DNA of 56,546 bases from Candidatus Pacearchaeota archaeon (GCA_017608705.1 JAFCFJ010000007.1:1-56546); one strand, 5' to 3'. Shown: positions 9,436 to 20,242, counted from the stretch's first letter. A program made the numbers and translations. Notes: generated from the sequence alone by a model not told the origin.

Positions 9436-10209
9436 CTATAAATATTTCTTGATAATTTTAAGATAATCATTATTGAGTCCACCTAGCCGAAATATCACTA
9501 CTGTATCAATGTTTTGTTTTTTACAAAAAGATAAGTCCTTGTCTAATTTTTTTGGAGAAAGAATCGGCTCGTCTCCAAGGATTCCTCTTGCAATAGTTCC
9601 CAGTCCAACCTGCAGTTTATCACCTAATTCTTCAGCCCGTTTTTTGATATGGCTTTTTATTTTTTCCAAAACAAATTTGTTTTTTATCATACTGGAATAG
9701 AACATAACAATCTTTTTGTGAGGAAATCTCTCGATAGGATATGAAACTCCGAGCCACTCTAATTTCCGTTGCATAAAATCAGTAGCTATAGGATACTCTG
9801 CAGTCAAAATATCTAGATTCAATTTCTTTGAATCCCTGAAGATTTTTTCAATAATTTTTTTATTTCTGAAGAAAGAGAACAGATTGAATAAAAAAAGTTT
9901 TTTGTTCAGAAAAGGCAGTTCTAAATCTATAAGAATCTTGAGTGGCTTTTCTCGGCTGTTTTTCGCCAGTTCATCATAAAGATTTTTCAGCTCATATGTA
10001 TATGAGAAAGGAGAAATCCAATAAGATTTTTCAAGCACAGGCCAATAAGCTATTTCTATTTCAGAATTTATTTTTTTGATTCTCTCTTTGATTGATTCAA
10101 ACTGACTAAGAGACTTGGAAGCCAGATATAGGGTAGAATCGAAATTGATCAGCTTTAGCTTTTCGAGATTCTTCTCATTTGGAAATTCTTCAAAAAAGTC
10201 TACTCTCAT
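9436..10209 (-). CDS. Hypothetical protein (possible TIM-barrel fold)
   Basis: 257-aa ORF; ILIDLELP, VGLGTIARG, VVIFRLGGL strand-like motifs. Confidence 0.65.
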   Translation of the reverse strand: MRVDFFEEFPNEKNLEKLKLINFDSTLYLASKSLSQFESIKERIKKINSEIEIAYWPVLEKSYWISPFSYTYELKNLYDELAKNSREKPLKILIDLELPFLNKKLFLFNLFSFFRNKKIIEKIFRDSKKLNLDILTAEYPIATDFMQRKLEWLGVSYPIERFPHKKIVMFYSSMIKNKFVLEKIKSHIKKRAEELGDKLQVGLGTIARGILGDEPILSPKKLDKDLSFCKKQNIDTVVIFRLGGLNNDYLKIIKKYL

Positions 10210-10371
10210 AATTAGTCAGATGAATAATGTATTTAAAATTATTTAGGTTAGTGCCCACCTATAACGGGCGCCATATTCAAAGTGAGAATTATCAAGGAGA
10301 GATTGGAAGATATCAGTTTGGTTTAAGAATAGGATAGTAAACTTTTTAAATTCCTAATATTTAATCAAATT

Positions 10372-10587
10372 ATGAACAAGTGGACTGAGATCATTGTCGG
10401 GCTTGTATTGCTGATAGGTATGGGCCTCATAGGTTACTATTCGCAGAATTGGGTTTGGTTTGGCAAGGACTTCAATTTCTTGCATGCAGCCTGGATATTC
10501 TTGAAAGGTGGGATTTTTTGGCTTGTGGTTATGATCGGCCTTGCGTTATTGATAATAGGAATCAGCGAGCTGAGAGAGAGCGAGTAA
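10372..10587 (+). CDS. Small two-TM membrane protein
   Basis: Two hydrophobic helices; TATA upstream. Confidence 0.7.
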   Translation: MNKWTEIIVGLVLLIGMGLIGYYSQNWVWFGKDFNFLHAAWIFLKGGIFWLVVMIGLALLIIGISELRESE

Positions 10588-10696
10588 GCGAATTGCAAAT
10601 TCATTTGGTTGGGTGGCCCCACGCCTACTCTGTTATATTTATTAATTTTTCTTACCAAAATGACGATAAAAATTAATAGTTCTTGCACCTTATTGT

Positions 10697-11950
10697 ATGA
10701 TGGAAAATATAATTATACCGAACGCTGAGTTATGCGCACGTTGTAAAGGCAGAGGCTATTGTGGTAGGCCTTGTCCCTTACTCGAGAAACTCAAAGCAGG
10801 AATGCCAAAGCCAAAACTTGCCTTCTCAGGAACCACACCCCCAGAAATCTTTGTGGGTAGACACAACTATCCATACGTTTATGCTGGCATCCTTGCTCCT
10901 GAAACCTATGAGGATACAGGTGAATATAGCATGCCAGAGAAATGGCATGAAAAAAAGCTGAGCATAGACCAAATCCTTGCATTACGTGGCCAGCTTGTTT
11001 ATAGCAGGTTCAGGCTCAGCATAAAAAGCGTAAAAAGTGGGTGGCATAACCAAGCAACAAGACTCCTCAGTGTTATGCAAGAAACGGCAATGGCAAGCAA
11101 ACCAACTACGGCAGAATTTAGGCTGAGAAAGCCGCCGGCAAAACGTTTGCTTCTCGACAGCCACATACCGATCATAGGAAATCCCGCACCACTCATTAAA
11201 GTTAGGCTTGAAGAAAATCCCCGTATTGAAAGAAAAGTAGAATATCTTGTGAATGATACTGATGTTAAAGCAAGCCAAGCAGTAATAGAGCTTTATAATT
11301 CAAGGATAGAAGTAAGCAATATAATAAAAGTATTGAGTGCTGGCTTGCTTGGCACGAAAACAAGGCGTAAGCTTGTACCTACAAGATGGGCTGTTACAGC
11401 CGTAGATGACACACTAAGCAAGAGAATGCTAGAGAAAATCCGTCACTATGATGAGATTTCAGAGTTCATGCTTTTCCATGCGGAGTATATCGGCAACCAT
11501 TATGAGTTCTTGCTCTTGCCAGATAAATTCGCATTTGAGGTGCTCGAAGCAAAGATGCCAGGCTCTGTGTGGAATCCTGGCATGAAACTCGTGGTGATGG
11601 AAGATTACGAAGGTTTCTATGGAAGGAAAAGCTATGCCTCTAACGTAACAGGAGCATATTACGCGAACAGACTTGCGCTTTGCGAGTATCTCATGCGTGT
11701 AAAAAGGCAAGCAGCTTGTCTAGTGATGAGAGAATGCAGACCAGAATACTATGCTCCGTGTGGCGTCGGTGTCTTGCGTGAGGCAAGCAGGCAAGCTTTT
11801 CGCAATAAGCCTGAAAGATTTGCTAATTTGCATGACGCGTTGGAAGCAGCAAACCAAAGACTAAGGTTGCCAATTGAGGAATTTACTAGGAGAAGCTGGC
11901 TACTCCGAAATTTTGGCAAGCAACAGAAACTGGATAGGTGGCTGAACTAG
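10697..11950 (+). CDS. nreA: Nre family DNA repair protein
   Basis: C..CKG...CGRPCP N-terminus, PPEIFVGR..YP, RKLVPTRWAVTAVD, C-terminal PIP box QQKLDRWL. Confidence 0.92.
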   Translation: MMENIIIPNAELCARCKGRGYCGRPCPLLEKLKAGMPKPKLAFSGTTPPEIFVGRHNYPYVYAGILAPETYEDTGEYSMPEKWHEKKLSIDQILALRGQLVYSRFRLSIKSVKSGWHNQATRLLSVMQETAMASKPTTAEFRLRKPPAKRLLLDSHIPIIGNPAPLIKVRLEENPRIERKVEYLVNDTDVKASQAVIELYNSRIEVSNIIKVLSAGLLGTKTRRKLVPTRWAVTAVDDTLSKRMLEKIRHYDEISEFMLFHAEYIGNHYEFLLLPDKFAFEVLEAKMPGSVWNPGMKLVVMEDYEGFYGRKSYASNVTGAYYANRLALCEYLMRVKRQAACLVMRECRPEYYAPCGVGVLREASRQAFRNKPERFANLHDALEAANQRLRLPIEEFTRRSWLLRNFGKQQKLDRWLN

Positions 11951-11957
11951 CGAGACA

Positions 11958-12572
11958 CTAAGTAAGCACGATAAATAAGGTTTCGATAAAAGCTGCTATC
12001 AACAAAAGAGGTACAATGAGAAGCAAGAAAACAGTCAAACCTTTCTCAAGCTCTTCAAGCAAAGCCATGCCCTTGTTTTTTGCAAAAATAAATGTACCTA
12101 TCTTTAAGCCAAAACTTGCTGCAATAAGAAAAGCAGGAAATTCAAAAATACCATGAGGCAAAAGTCTAAGTAGAATATGTATGCCGGACGATTCTACACT
12201 CCACTGCGAAACAATTCCTATAAGATATCCATTAGCGATTAAATTCAAAAAAGGAAAAATGCCAAGAGCTACGCCGCCAATAAGCACCAAAAAAGAAGTT
12301 TTGAGATTATTCTGGAAGATAAAAAGAAAAAGCTGTAAGAAATTCATTCCTTCAGTTATTTCAAGTATTCTCGAAATAAATTCCTGAACTCTCAAAAGCA
12401 AAAATTCTGGCTTATAAACAAAACTAAGAATAATTGCATTGGCAAAGAGAAGAAAAGAAAGAAAAATAAAACCTTTTGTTTCCTTGATGGAGCTGAAAAC
12501 ATAACTGTAACTCAAGCTTCTCTCAACTCTTTCGTTACTTTTCTCTCCTGCATTGAGCATTCCTAGCCCCAT
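11958..12572 (-). CDS. SpoIIM/DUF95 family membrane protein
   Basis: IFQNN, NGYLIG, LLPHGIFEFPA, AAFIET motifs. Confidence 0.88.
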   Translation of the reverse strand: MGLGMLNAGEKSNERVERSLSYSYVFSSIKETKGFIFLSFLLFANAIILSFVYKPEFLLLRVQEFISRILEITEGMNFLQLFLFIFQNNLKTSFLVLIGGVALGIFPFLNLIANGYLIGIVSQWSVESSGIHILLRLLPHGIFEFPAFLIAASFGLKIGTFIFAKNKGMALLEELEKGLTVFLLLIVPLLLIAAFIETLFIVLT

Positions 12573-12573
12573 T

Positions 12574-13224
12574 TCAATGTGAAAAATACCTCCTCAGTAG
12601 TCTGACCTTGCGTCTATATTTTCTTCTGAGGTAAAGGCCGTAAACAAGGCCTGCAATAGTGCCTCCAAGATGGGCTGTATTACCTATAGGCAAGCCAGCC
12701 AGGAAAGAGATTGCCCACAACCCAAAGAGCAGAACAATTATGGCTAGCCACAACGGCATTGGTACCACAAAGAATACATAAACTCGTAACCTAGGTATCA
12801 AAACAGCGAGTAAGGTGGCGAGTCCAAAAATAGCACCGGACGCTCCGACAGCATAACTGCTAAAATCTGCCTTGTAGAGAAGAGAACAAAGAATAAAAAA
12901 TAGAGCGGAAGAAAAACCTGCTATGAAATAGAAAGGTAAGAAGCGCTTTCTTCCTATAATTTGCTCTAGAAAATTCCCAATAAAAAACAAAGAAATCATA
13001 TTAACGAATAAATGAATTGCGCTCCCGTGTATAAACATATGTGTTAAGATTGTCCACAGATATTTCAGGGAAAAGATATTACTTGGCTTGAGAGCAAAAA
13101 AATCTATTATCTTTGTTTGGCCCACAAAAATCAGCAAAAGAAAAAATAAAAATGAGAGAACCACACTAATAAGGATAAGAATATTAGTCACGCTCATGCC
13201 AAAAGAATTTTTCATACGCCTCAT
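12574..13224 (-). CDS. Rhomboid family intramembrane serine protease
   Basis: HMFIH...HLFVNM, GASGA catalytic Ser, AHLGG catalytic His. Confidence 0.93.
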   Translation of the reverse strand: MRRMKNSFGMSVTNILILISVVLSFLFFLLLIFVGQTKIIDFFALKPSNIFSLKYLWTILTHMFIHGSAIHLFVNMISLFFIGNFLEQIIGRKRFLPFYFIAGFSSALFFILCSLLYKADFSSYAVGASGAIFGLATLLAVLIPRLRVYVFFVVPMPLWLAIIVLLFGLWAISFLAGLPIGNTAHLGGTIAGLVYGLYLRRKYRRKVRLLRRYFSH

Positions 13225-13922
13225 TTTTTCCTCTTCCTGCTTTCCTTTTTCTTTTTCCCGCTTCTTTTTCTCTTTCCCCGCGCCGCAGATTTTTTCATAG
13301 TTTTCTTTTTCCCAGCAGTTTTTTTCTTCCTTTCCTTCTTCTTTTGCCTTGCCGCTTTCTTTTTGGTTTCTCTTTTCTTCTTTTCTTCCATTAACTCATC
13401 TCTTATCTTCCTTACCTCGATTATTTCTTGCTCGAGTGTTGTTGCCCTCTTTTTCAATTCTTTCAAATATTTTTGTGAGTCCACAAGTTGCAACACTTCA
13501 CCACACTCAGGACATGTAAACTCGTACAACAAGGCTGTCTCTTCACTAAACTCTGTTTCGCAAATAGGACAGACATAAAAACTTTTTGTTTCTCTTTTCT
13601 TAATTTCATGCTCTATTCTTTTTATCTCTTTGTCTATCATCTCAATAAGAAGCTCTAAAGCTCTTATGCTGTCTAATGTCCAATAATAAATATACCATCC
13701 TTTTCTCTTGTCTTTCTTCCTTATAGCACTAATAAGATTATGATGGGCAAGTTTGTAAAGCACATTTCTTACCTGATTTATGGTGAGCCCTGTTTTCTCC
13801 GCTATCTTGAACTCATTCACATCTTTTTTTCCCACCAACAACTCTATAATAGCATTAGCATTTTTGCCAGCAAGCCTTTCACCCAAAGATTTCAATAGTT
13901 TAGTAAGAAATTTCTTATCCAT
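13221..13922 (-). CDS. tfe: Transcription factor E (TFIIE-alpha) with Lys-rich tail
   Basis: wHTH NQVRNVLYKL, GWYIYYW, CPIC...FTCPECG zinc ribbon. Confidence 0.92.
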   Translation of the reverse strand: MDKKFLTKLLKSLGERLAGKNANAIIELLVGKKDVNEFKIAEKTGLTINQVRNVLYKLAHHNLISAIRKKDKRKGWYIYYWTLDSIRALELLIEMIDKEIKRIEHEIKKRETKSFYVCPICETEFSEETALLYEFTCPECGEVLQLVDSQKYLKELKKRATTLEQEIIEVRKIRDELMEEKKKRETKKKAARQKKKERKKKTAGKKKTMKKSAARGKRKRSGKKKKESRKRKK

Positions 13923-14022
13923 GCATCCTGCCAGATAGGTTATAAATAAATATCTTTCGCTTTTCTGTCACCACTATAAAATTTAAGCAAACCTTTTTTA
14001 AATTGGTGGAGGGCATAGCTAT

Positions 14023-14679
14023 ATGGCTTTTTTCAAGAAATCAAAAACGAGTGAGCATGAAAAAAAAGAGGGTGAAAGTTTTGAAATCCCTGAATTGCCC
14101 CCAATAGAACAATCACTTATCAAGCCACGGATTCAACATGAAGAGATACCAAAACCACCAGCATTACCTACCTTTCCTGAAACAGAGACAGGGAGAAAAA
14201 TAAGTGAAAAGATAATAAAAGAAAGTGTTTCTATGCGAGAATCGGAGGAGCCACGGGTGATGGAATTAGGCGAGCCACCAGAAGTAATTACTTCAAAACC
14301 CGAACAAACATTGCCATCTGAGCAGACATCACCAATTTCTTCTCCTCTAGTAAACGACGAATTTTCTCCAAAACTTCCTCCGCAAACAATGACAAAAACT
14401 GCTGAGAGAGAAATGTGGAGCGAGGCAAAAGAAGAAATGAAAAGCAAAACTGTCGAGACAACGCCAGTCTTTGTGAAAATAGAGAAATTCAATGAAGCTC
14501 TCGAGATATTCAACGAGATAAAGAAAACTGCCAGCGAGATAGCAAAAGAACTAGAAGATATAAAAGAAACAAGAAAAAAAGAGGAGGAAGAAATAAAGAA
14601 ATGGGAAATGCAACTCGGAGAAATCAAAACAAAGCTTTCAATGCTTGAAACAGAATTCTTTGAGAAAGCGACAAAATGA
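14023..14679 (+). CDS. Hypothetical protein (Pro/Glu-rich N-terminus, coiled-coil C-terminus)
   Basis: 218-aa ORF; PVFVKIEKF followed by coiled coil. Confidence 0.7.
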   Translation: MAFFKKSKTSEHEKKEGESFEIPELPPIEQSLIKPRIQHEEIPKPPALPTFPETETGRKISEKIIKESVSMRESEEPRVMELGEPPEVITSKPEQTLPSEQTSPISSPLVNDEFSPKLPPQTMTKTAEREMWSEAKEEMKSKTVETTPVFVKIEKFNEALEIFNEIKKTASEIAKELEDIKETRKKEEEEIKKWEMQLGEIKTKLSMLETEFFEKATK

Positions 14680-15020
14680 GTGAGTTATATACAGCATTTG
14701 ACCTAAGGGCGATTACAGAAGCAAGAAAAAATCTGCTTTCTGCTCAACTCAACACAATAGAGATACTGAGAGTGATAAAAAGTTATAAGGAAATGAGAAA
14801 AGAGGAGCTAAACAGAAAAAGAGATATGCAAAAGAAACTCAACAAACTCAAAAGAGAGGTTGACGGGCTAATTAAGCTTCTTCCAAAAATCCCAAGAGAA
14901 AAAAAGAAGAAAGAAAAGAAGGAGACAAAAAAAGAGAAGAAACTGAAAATAGATAAGCTCGACCAAGAACTTGCAGAAATCAAGGCGAAGCTTGAAGAGC
15001 TGAACAAGAGGTTTTCCTAG
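14676..15020 (+). CDS. Hypothetical coiled-coil protein
   Basis: ATGA overlap with upstream gene; ELAEIKAKLEEL C-terminus. Confidence 0.7.
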   Translation: MSELYTAFDLRAITEARKNLLSAQLNTIEILRVIKSYKEMRKEELNRKRDMQKKLNKLKREVDGLIKLLPKIPREKKKKEKKETKKEKKLKIDKLDQELAEIKAKLEELNKRFS

Positions 15021-15188
15021 GTTTTTGATATTTGGATTGGCTGCCCTTTTTTTGCTTGATAATGAAGTATAAGAACAATAGAATATGTAACATTGTTTAG
15101 TCAAAATATGGCAAAAAGCCAAAAGCAAGTTGTGCTATAGTTGGCATGCCTCAGTAAAATTTTTAAGCCTCTGGCTGTTGTGCTTGCT

Positions 15189-16934
15189 ATGAAAGCACTT
15201 GGACGTAGAGAGCTTATCGAAGCTTATCTCAGCTTTTTCGAAAGTAAGGGCCATGTAAGAATACCCAGCGCGCCGCTTATTCCTGAAAACGATCCCACAG
15301 TTTTATTTACAACAGCAGGCATGCATCCACTCGTACCTTTCCTTCTGGGCCAACCACATCCTCTTGGTAAAAGGCTGTGCAATGTGCAGAAGTGTTTGCG
15401 TACAGATGATATCGAGAAGGTTGGTGATGAGTTCCATCATACGTTCTTCGAGATGCTTGGCAACTGGAGCCTCGGAGATTACTTCAAGAAAGAGGCAATA
15501 GAGTGGAGCTTTGAATTCTTGACAAAAGTGTTGGAAATTCCTGTTGAAAAGCTTGCTGTCAGTTGCTTTGCTGGCAACAAGGACATAGAGCGTGATGAAG
15601 AATCAGCAAAAATATGGCAACAACTCGGCATAGATAAGGAACGTATAGCATTCCTTGGCATGAAAGAGAATTGGTGGGGGCCTGTTGGCAAGACAGGACC
15701 TTGCGGTCCTGACACAGAGATGTTTGTTTATGTTGGTAAGGGCAAGCCTCATGGTAACCCGGGTGAAAATCCTGAGGACTGGTGTGAGATATGGAATGAT
15801 GTTTTCATGCAGTACTACAAGGACGAGAATGGCAACTATACAGAATTGGAACAAAAAAATGTAGATACAGGAATGGGTGTTGAGCGTGTTGTTGCCATCT
15901 TGAACGGCTTTCAAGATAATTATATGACAGAAATATTCCAGCCAATAATCAAAAAGCTTGAAGAACTAAGCAAGAAAAAATACGGGGAAAGCGAGCAAGA
16001 TACTAGGGCTATGCGTATAATAGCAGATCATTTGCGTGCTGCGGTATTCGTGCTAAGCGAGGGCATAGCGCCGGGAAATAAAGAGCAAGGTTATGTGTTG
16101 CGCCGTTTGATAAGGCGTGCAATAAGATTTGCACACATGCTCGGCATCAAAGAAAATTTCACTACAAGCATAGCAGAGATTATCATAGAACAGTACGAAC
16201 AAGATTATGGCGAGTTGAGCAAGAATAGGAATTTCATCATGGAAGAGCTAAGCAAGGAAGAAAATCGTTTCAGAAATGTACTGGAAAAAGGGCTAAGGTT
16301 GTTTGAAAAAACAATAAAACAGCTAAAAGAAGAAGGCAAGACCGAGATAGACGGCAAGACAGCATTCTTGCTTTACCAAAGTTACGGCTTCCCTGTAGAG
16401 ATGACAGAAGAGCTAGCAAAAGAGCAAGGCATGCAAGTAAATATGCATGAGTTTGAGCAAGAATACAAGAGACACCAGGAGCTGAGCAGAACTGCCACAG
16501 CAGGAAAATTCAAGTCAGGCCTGGCTGATATGAGCGAGCAAGCGAAAAAGTTGCATACAGCAACACACCTATTGCATGCTGCCCTGCGAAAAGTTCTCGG
16601 CGAGCACGTGCAGCAAAAAGGTTCAAACATTACTGCTGAACGCTTACGCTTTGATTTCAAGCTTGTGAATGAAAAAATCCAGGAAGGATTGCCTGTGAGG
16701 CGTGAAGAAATGACGCTTGAAGAGGCAAAGAAGAGAGGCGCGCTCGCATTCTTCGAGCATAAATATGGAGACAAAGTTTCGGTATATTTCATAGGGGAAC
16801 CTGGAAAGGAATTCAGCATAGAGGTTTGCGCAGGCCCGCATGTAAGCAACACGCGTGAGCTTGGCAAGTTCAAGATCGTAAAAGAAGAAAGCGTGGCTGC
16901 GGGAGTTCGTAGGATCAAGGCCGTGCTAGAATAA
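15189..16934 (+). CDS. alaS: Alanine--tRNA ligase (short form, no C-Ala domain)
   Basis: DPTVLFTTAGM, HHTFFEMLGNWSLGDYFK, DTGMGVER, HTATHLL, CAGPH; ATG 15189 lies 21 nt after TATA; short in-frame gap near 16658. Confidence 0.96.
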   Translation: MKALGRRELIEAYLSFFESKGHVRIPSAPLIPENDPTVLFTTAGMHPLVPFLLGQPHPLGKRLCNVQKCLRTDDIEKVGDEFHHTFFEMLGNWSLGDYFKKEAIEWSFEFLTKVLEIPVEKLAVSCFAGNKDIERDEESAKIWQQLGIDKERIAFLGMKENWWGPVGKTGPCGPDTEMFVYVGKGKPHGNPGENPEDWCEIWNDVFMQYYKDENGNYTELEQKNVDTGMGVERVVAILNGFQDNYMTEIFQPIIKKLEELSKKKYGESEQDTRAMRIIADHLRAAVFVLSEGIAPGNKEQGYVLRRLIRRAIRFAHMLGIKENFTTSIAEIIIEQYEQDYGELSKNRNFIMEELSKEENRFRNVLEKGLRLFEKTIKQLKEEGKTEIDGKTAFLLYQSYGFPVEMTEELAKEQGMQVNMHEFEQEYKRHQELSRTATAGKFKSGLADMSEQAKKLHTATHLLHAALRKVLGEHVQQKGSNITAERLRFDFKLVNEKIQEGLPVRREEMTLEEAKKRGALAFFEHKYGDKVSVYFIGEPGKEFSIEVCAGPHVSNTRELGKFKIVKEESVAAGVRRIKAVLE

Positions 16935-16969
16935 AAATAGTTTCTAAACTTTTTTTGTTTTGCTCAAAG

Positions 16970-19241
16970 TTATGCTGTCTCAACATATATAGCTGGTTTG
17001 CCTGGCTTAGCCTTAGCAGCCTTGCCCTCTGGGTCATGCTTTTCCTTGTCGTTGGTAGCATAGATAACTAGAGGTATGCCAAATACATCGAAACGCTTGC
17101 TCTCTTCCTTATAAAAAACGAGCTCCTGTGGTAAGACATAGAGATAAATCTTAACTGGCTATCAGCTTGTGGCCAGCTCGCTATGCTAACAAAATCTTTG
17201 TTGCCAAGCCTTGCCCAAAGCTCCTCGGCTGTGTGAGGCATGAACGGCGAGAGAAGCTTGATAAAGCCTTCATAGCTCTCTCGCGGCACTTCCTGTTTCA
17301 TGCTAAGGTAATCTGTAAATTTCATAAGACTAATTATTGCCTTAGGAAATTCAAAATTTTCTATAGCTTCTGTCACATCCTTGATAAGCTTGTTAAGCCT
17401 ATAAACTCCAAGCTCGTTATCAGTGTCGCTTGTAACATGCTTTTTCGAAAGCATGATAACCTTTTTCCAGAACCTATAAACACCTTCAATACCTTTATCG
17501 CTCCACTCAAGCTGGCTCTCTGGATTTGCTACAAAAAGCAGATATGCGCGTAGCGTGTCCGCATTATATTTTTCTATCATCTCGATAGGATCAACAACAT
17601 TACCCTTGCTCTTGCTCATTTTCTCACCGCCGAGCGTGACAATGCCTTGATTCCTCAATCTCAAGAAAGGTTCGCCAAAACTAATCAAGCCAAGGTCACG
17701 CAATACCTTAGTGAAAAAGCGTGCATAAAGCAAATGCATCACAGCATGCTCTGCACCGCCAATATAGAAATCAACAGGCATCCAATATTCAACCTTTTTT
17801 TTCTCAAATGCTTCCTTCTCGTTCTGTGGATCGCAGTAACGTAAGAAATACCAGCTACTATCGAAAAACGTATCAAGCGTGTCTGTCTCCCGCCTTGCAT
17901 TGCCATGACAACGAGGACATTTTGCCTCCACAAAACTTTTGTTGCTTTCAAGTGGATTGCCTTCGCCAAACCGAACATCACGGGGTAGCATGACAGGAAG
18001 ATCTTGTTCAGGAACCGGAACAATACCGCAGTTTTCACAATACAAAATAGGTATTGGTGTACCCCAGTATCTCTGTCTGCTAACAAGCCAATCACGCATC
18101 TTATACTCTATAGCCTTGCCCCCAATACCCTGCTCCTCGAAGAATTTTATCAAAGCAACCCTCGCTTCATTGCTTTTCATGCCACTGAACTTGTCAGAAT
18201 TTACAAGTATGCCTTCACCCTCGTAGGCTTCTGTCATCTCTTCAACGTTTAGCTCTTTGCCTTCTGGCTGTATCACCACCTTTATGGGCAAACCATATTT
18301 CTTAGCAAACTCAAAGTCGCGCTGGTCATGAGCAGGCACGGCCATAACACAACCCGAGCCGTATTCCATGAGCACGAAATTGCCTATATAGACAGGAACA
18401 CGCTCTCCATTCACAGGATTGACCGCATAACAACCAATAAACATGCCTTCCTTTTCTTGGCTCTTGTTCGTCAGCCTTGCTCTCCTAACAAATTCTTGCA
18501 CCTTTGCCTCGTATTCTGTACCAGCAACGAGCTCAGCCACAAGCGGGTGTTCTGGAGCGAAAACAATGAAAGTAACGCCATAGATTGTGTCAGGCCTCGT
18601 CGTAAATATCTCTATCTCCTTGCCGTTATCAAGCCGGAACTTTATCTTGGCACCCTCGCTCTTGCCTATCCAGTTTCTCTGCATCACCTTTATCTTTTCA
18701 GGCCAGTCCAAATTCTCAAGTTCTTCCAGCAGTTCCTCAGCATAGGCTGTTGTCTTGAGAAACCATTGTTCAAGATGTCTTATCTCAACCTCTGTTTCGG
18801 GATGACGCCAGCACTTTCCATCAACAACCTGCTCATTAGCCAAAACTGTCTTGCATTTCGGACAATAATCTTTTGCTGTTTCATTATCGCTTCTATGGCT
18901 TTCCTTGTGTAATCTTCAGGATGCACGCCCTCTTTTATCGCAGCATTCTCTGCTGGCAGTCCGAAGCTATCATAACCCATCGGATAAAGCACGTTGAAAC
19001 CTTGCATTCGCTTTACCCGAGCGATACAGTCACCAATAACATAATTCCTAACATGGCCCATGTGCAGGCCATAAGCAGAAGGATAAGGAAACATCTCAAG
19101 GCAATAAAACTTCTCACCATTGAAATCTTCAACTGCAAACACGCCTGCTTCTTGCCATTTCTTTTGCCATTTCTTCTCTATTCCTTCAAATTCCTTAACA
19201 ACATCATTATCTCTGCATTGGGCTGTATTTTCCATTTTCAT
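16970..19241 (-). CDS. leuS: Leucine--tRNA ligase, interrupted by two apparent deletion-frameshifts (~18870 and ~17160)
   Basis: HMGH in 18780-19241 frame; [34 protein letters not shown] in the next frame; C-terminal ...[23 protein letters not shown] after a second shift, ending at 16970. Confidence 0.93.
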
Positions 19242-19300
19242 GATACATACCTCAGCGCAGCTTTAAAATTCTTTCTCTTGTCACCAGACCAGAAAAACAG

Positions 19301-20242
19301 CTATGTCATCACTTGCCTAACAACTTCATAATAAAAAATTCTAATGTACGCATAGAAAAGTGAGGAAAGCGCGAGAATAACAAGATACATGATTCCAAGA
19401 AAGACAAAAAATCCAGTAAGCTGTGAAGCAACAGGTCCTTGCATAAGTGCCTGCTCGCTGAAGGCTGTTCCAACTCTTGCGAAAATGATAGAAGAAGAAA
19501 CAGTAACAATTATATTGTTAATAAAATAAAGAGCGCTCACAAGCATAAGGATAAACACGTATGGAAGTAAAAATGCAAATATTCTTGAATAACTTCTGAA
19601 TCCCTTAGCCAAATTATGCGCGAGTATATTTTCCCTTGTCAATAACACCAATGAAACAAAATAGACATGAGCGAAAGCGAGCAACACAAGCAAAATAAAA
19701 AGTACAGCAAAGGTCTTAAGCTTAACAACAAAAAGCAACATAACATAGAAGAGCGGGGCCAACATTACCAAGAAAATAAGGCGCAAAGCAAGAAGCTTAC
19801 CATAATAACTTAGAGTAAATCTTTCTTTCGCAGTAATTTTCCATACGAAAGCATTGAATAGCATGCCAACAAGAAAACTAGCAAGAAGAAAAAGCAAGAA
19901 GGGTCCCAAAACCGGCAAGAAAAGAGTAAGGCTAGTGTTTTCAGCAAGTTGTGGATTGCTGTAAAGCTCGAGTGTTACGCGAAAAAGAAAGGGTAGAAAT
20001 ATAAAAAGAAAAAATAACGCCCACAGCAAGGTAATCAAAATTTTACCGCCCAAGTCTACTACAAAAGATCTCCATAAACGAGAATCCAGTTTGGAGGCGT
20101 GTAAAGCATTGACAAAGCTCTCAACAGCTAATTGAGCCTTGCTCGAAACACCACCACTCTCCGAATTCTTTCCATGCTTTTTCTTATGTCTTGTCACAAG
20201 AGATCTCTCTACATTTCTCTTCCTGCCTCTTTTTTTCTTCAT
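19301..20242 (-). CDS. Hypothetical multi-pass membrane protein
   Basis: About 6 TM segments, basic N-terminus. Confidence 0.75.
   Translation of the reverse strand: MKKKRGRKRNVERSLVTRHKKKHGKNSESGGVSSKAQLAVESFVNALHASKLDSRLWRSFVVDLGGKILITLLWALFFLFIFLPFLFRVTLELYSNPQLAENTSLTLFLPVLGPFLLFLLASFLVGMLFNAFVWKITAKERFTLSYYGKLLALRLIFLVMLAPLFYVMLLFVVKLKTFAVLFILLVLLAFAHVYFVSLVLLTRENILAHNLAKGFRSYSRIFAFLLPYVFILMLVSALYFINNIIVTVSSSIIFARVGTAFSEQALMQGPVASQLTGFFVFLGIMYLVILALSSLFYAYIRIFYYEVVRQVMT

Noticed and set aside
10250..10275. Small hairpin GTGCCC...GGGCGC with TATAAC, attC-like at first glance
   Set aside because: No matching GTTRRRY partner, no second copy and no integrase
15021..15150. Unassigned intergenic stretch, possible ncRNA
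   Set aside because: AT-rich, with no convincing stable structure or known RNA motif
16970..19241. Programmed frameshifting or natural gene split as the explanation for LeuRS, GlyRS and FtsY breaks
   Set aside because: Conserved residues are physically absent at each junction and no slippery heptamers are present
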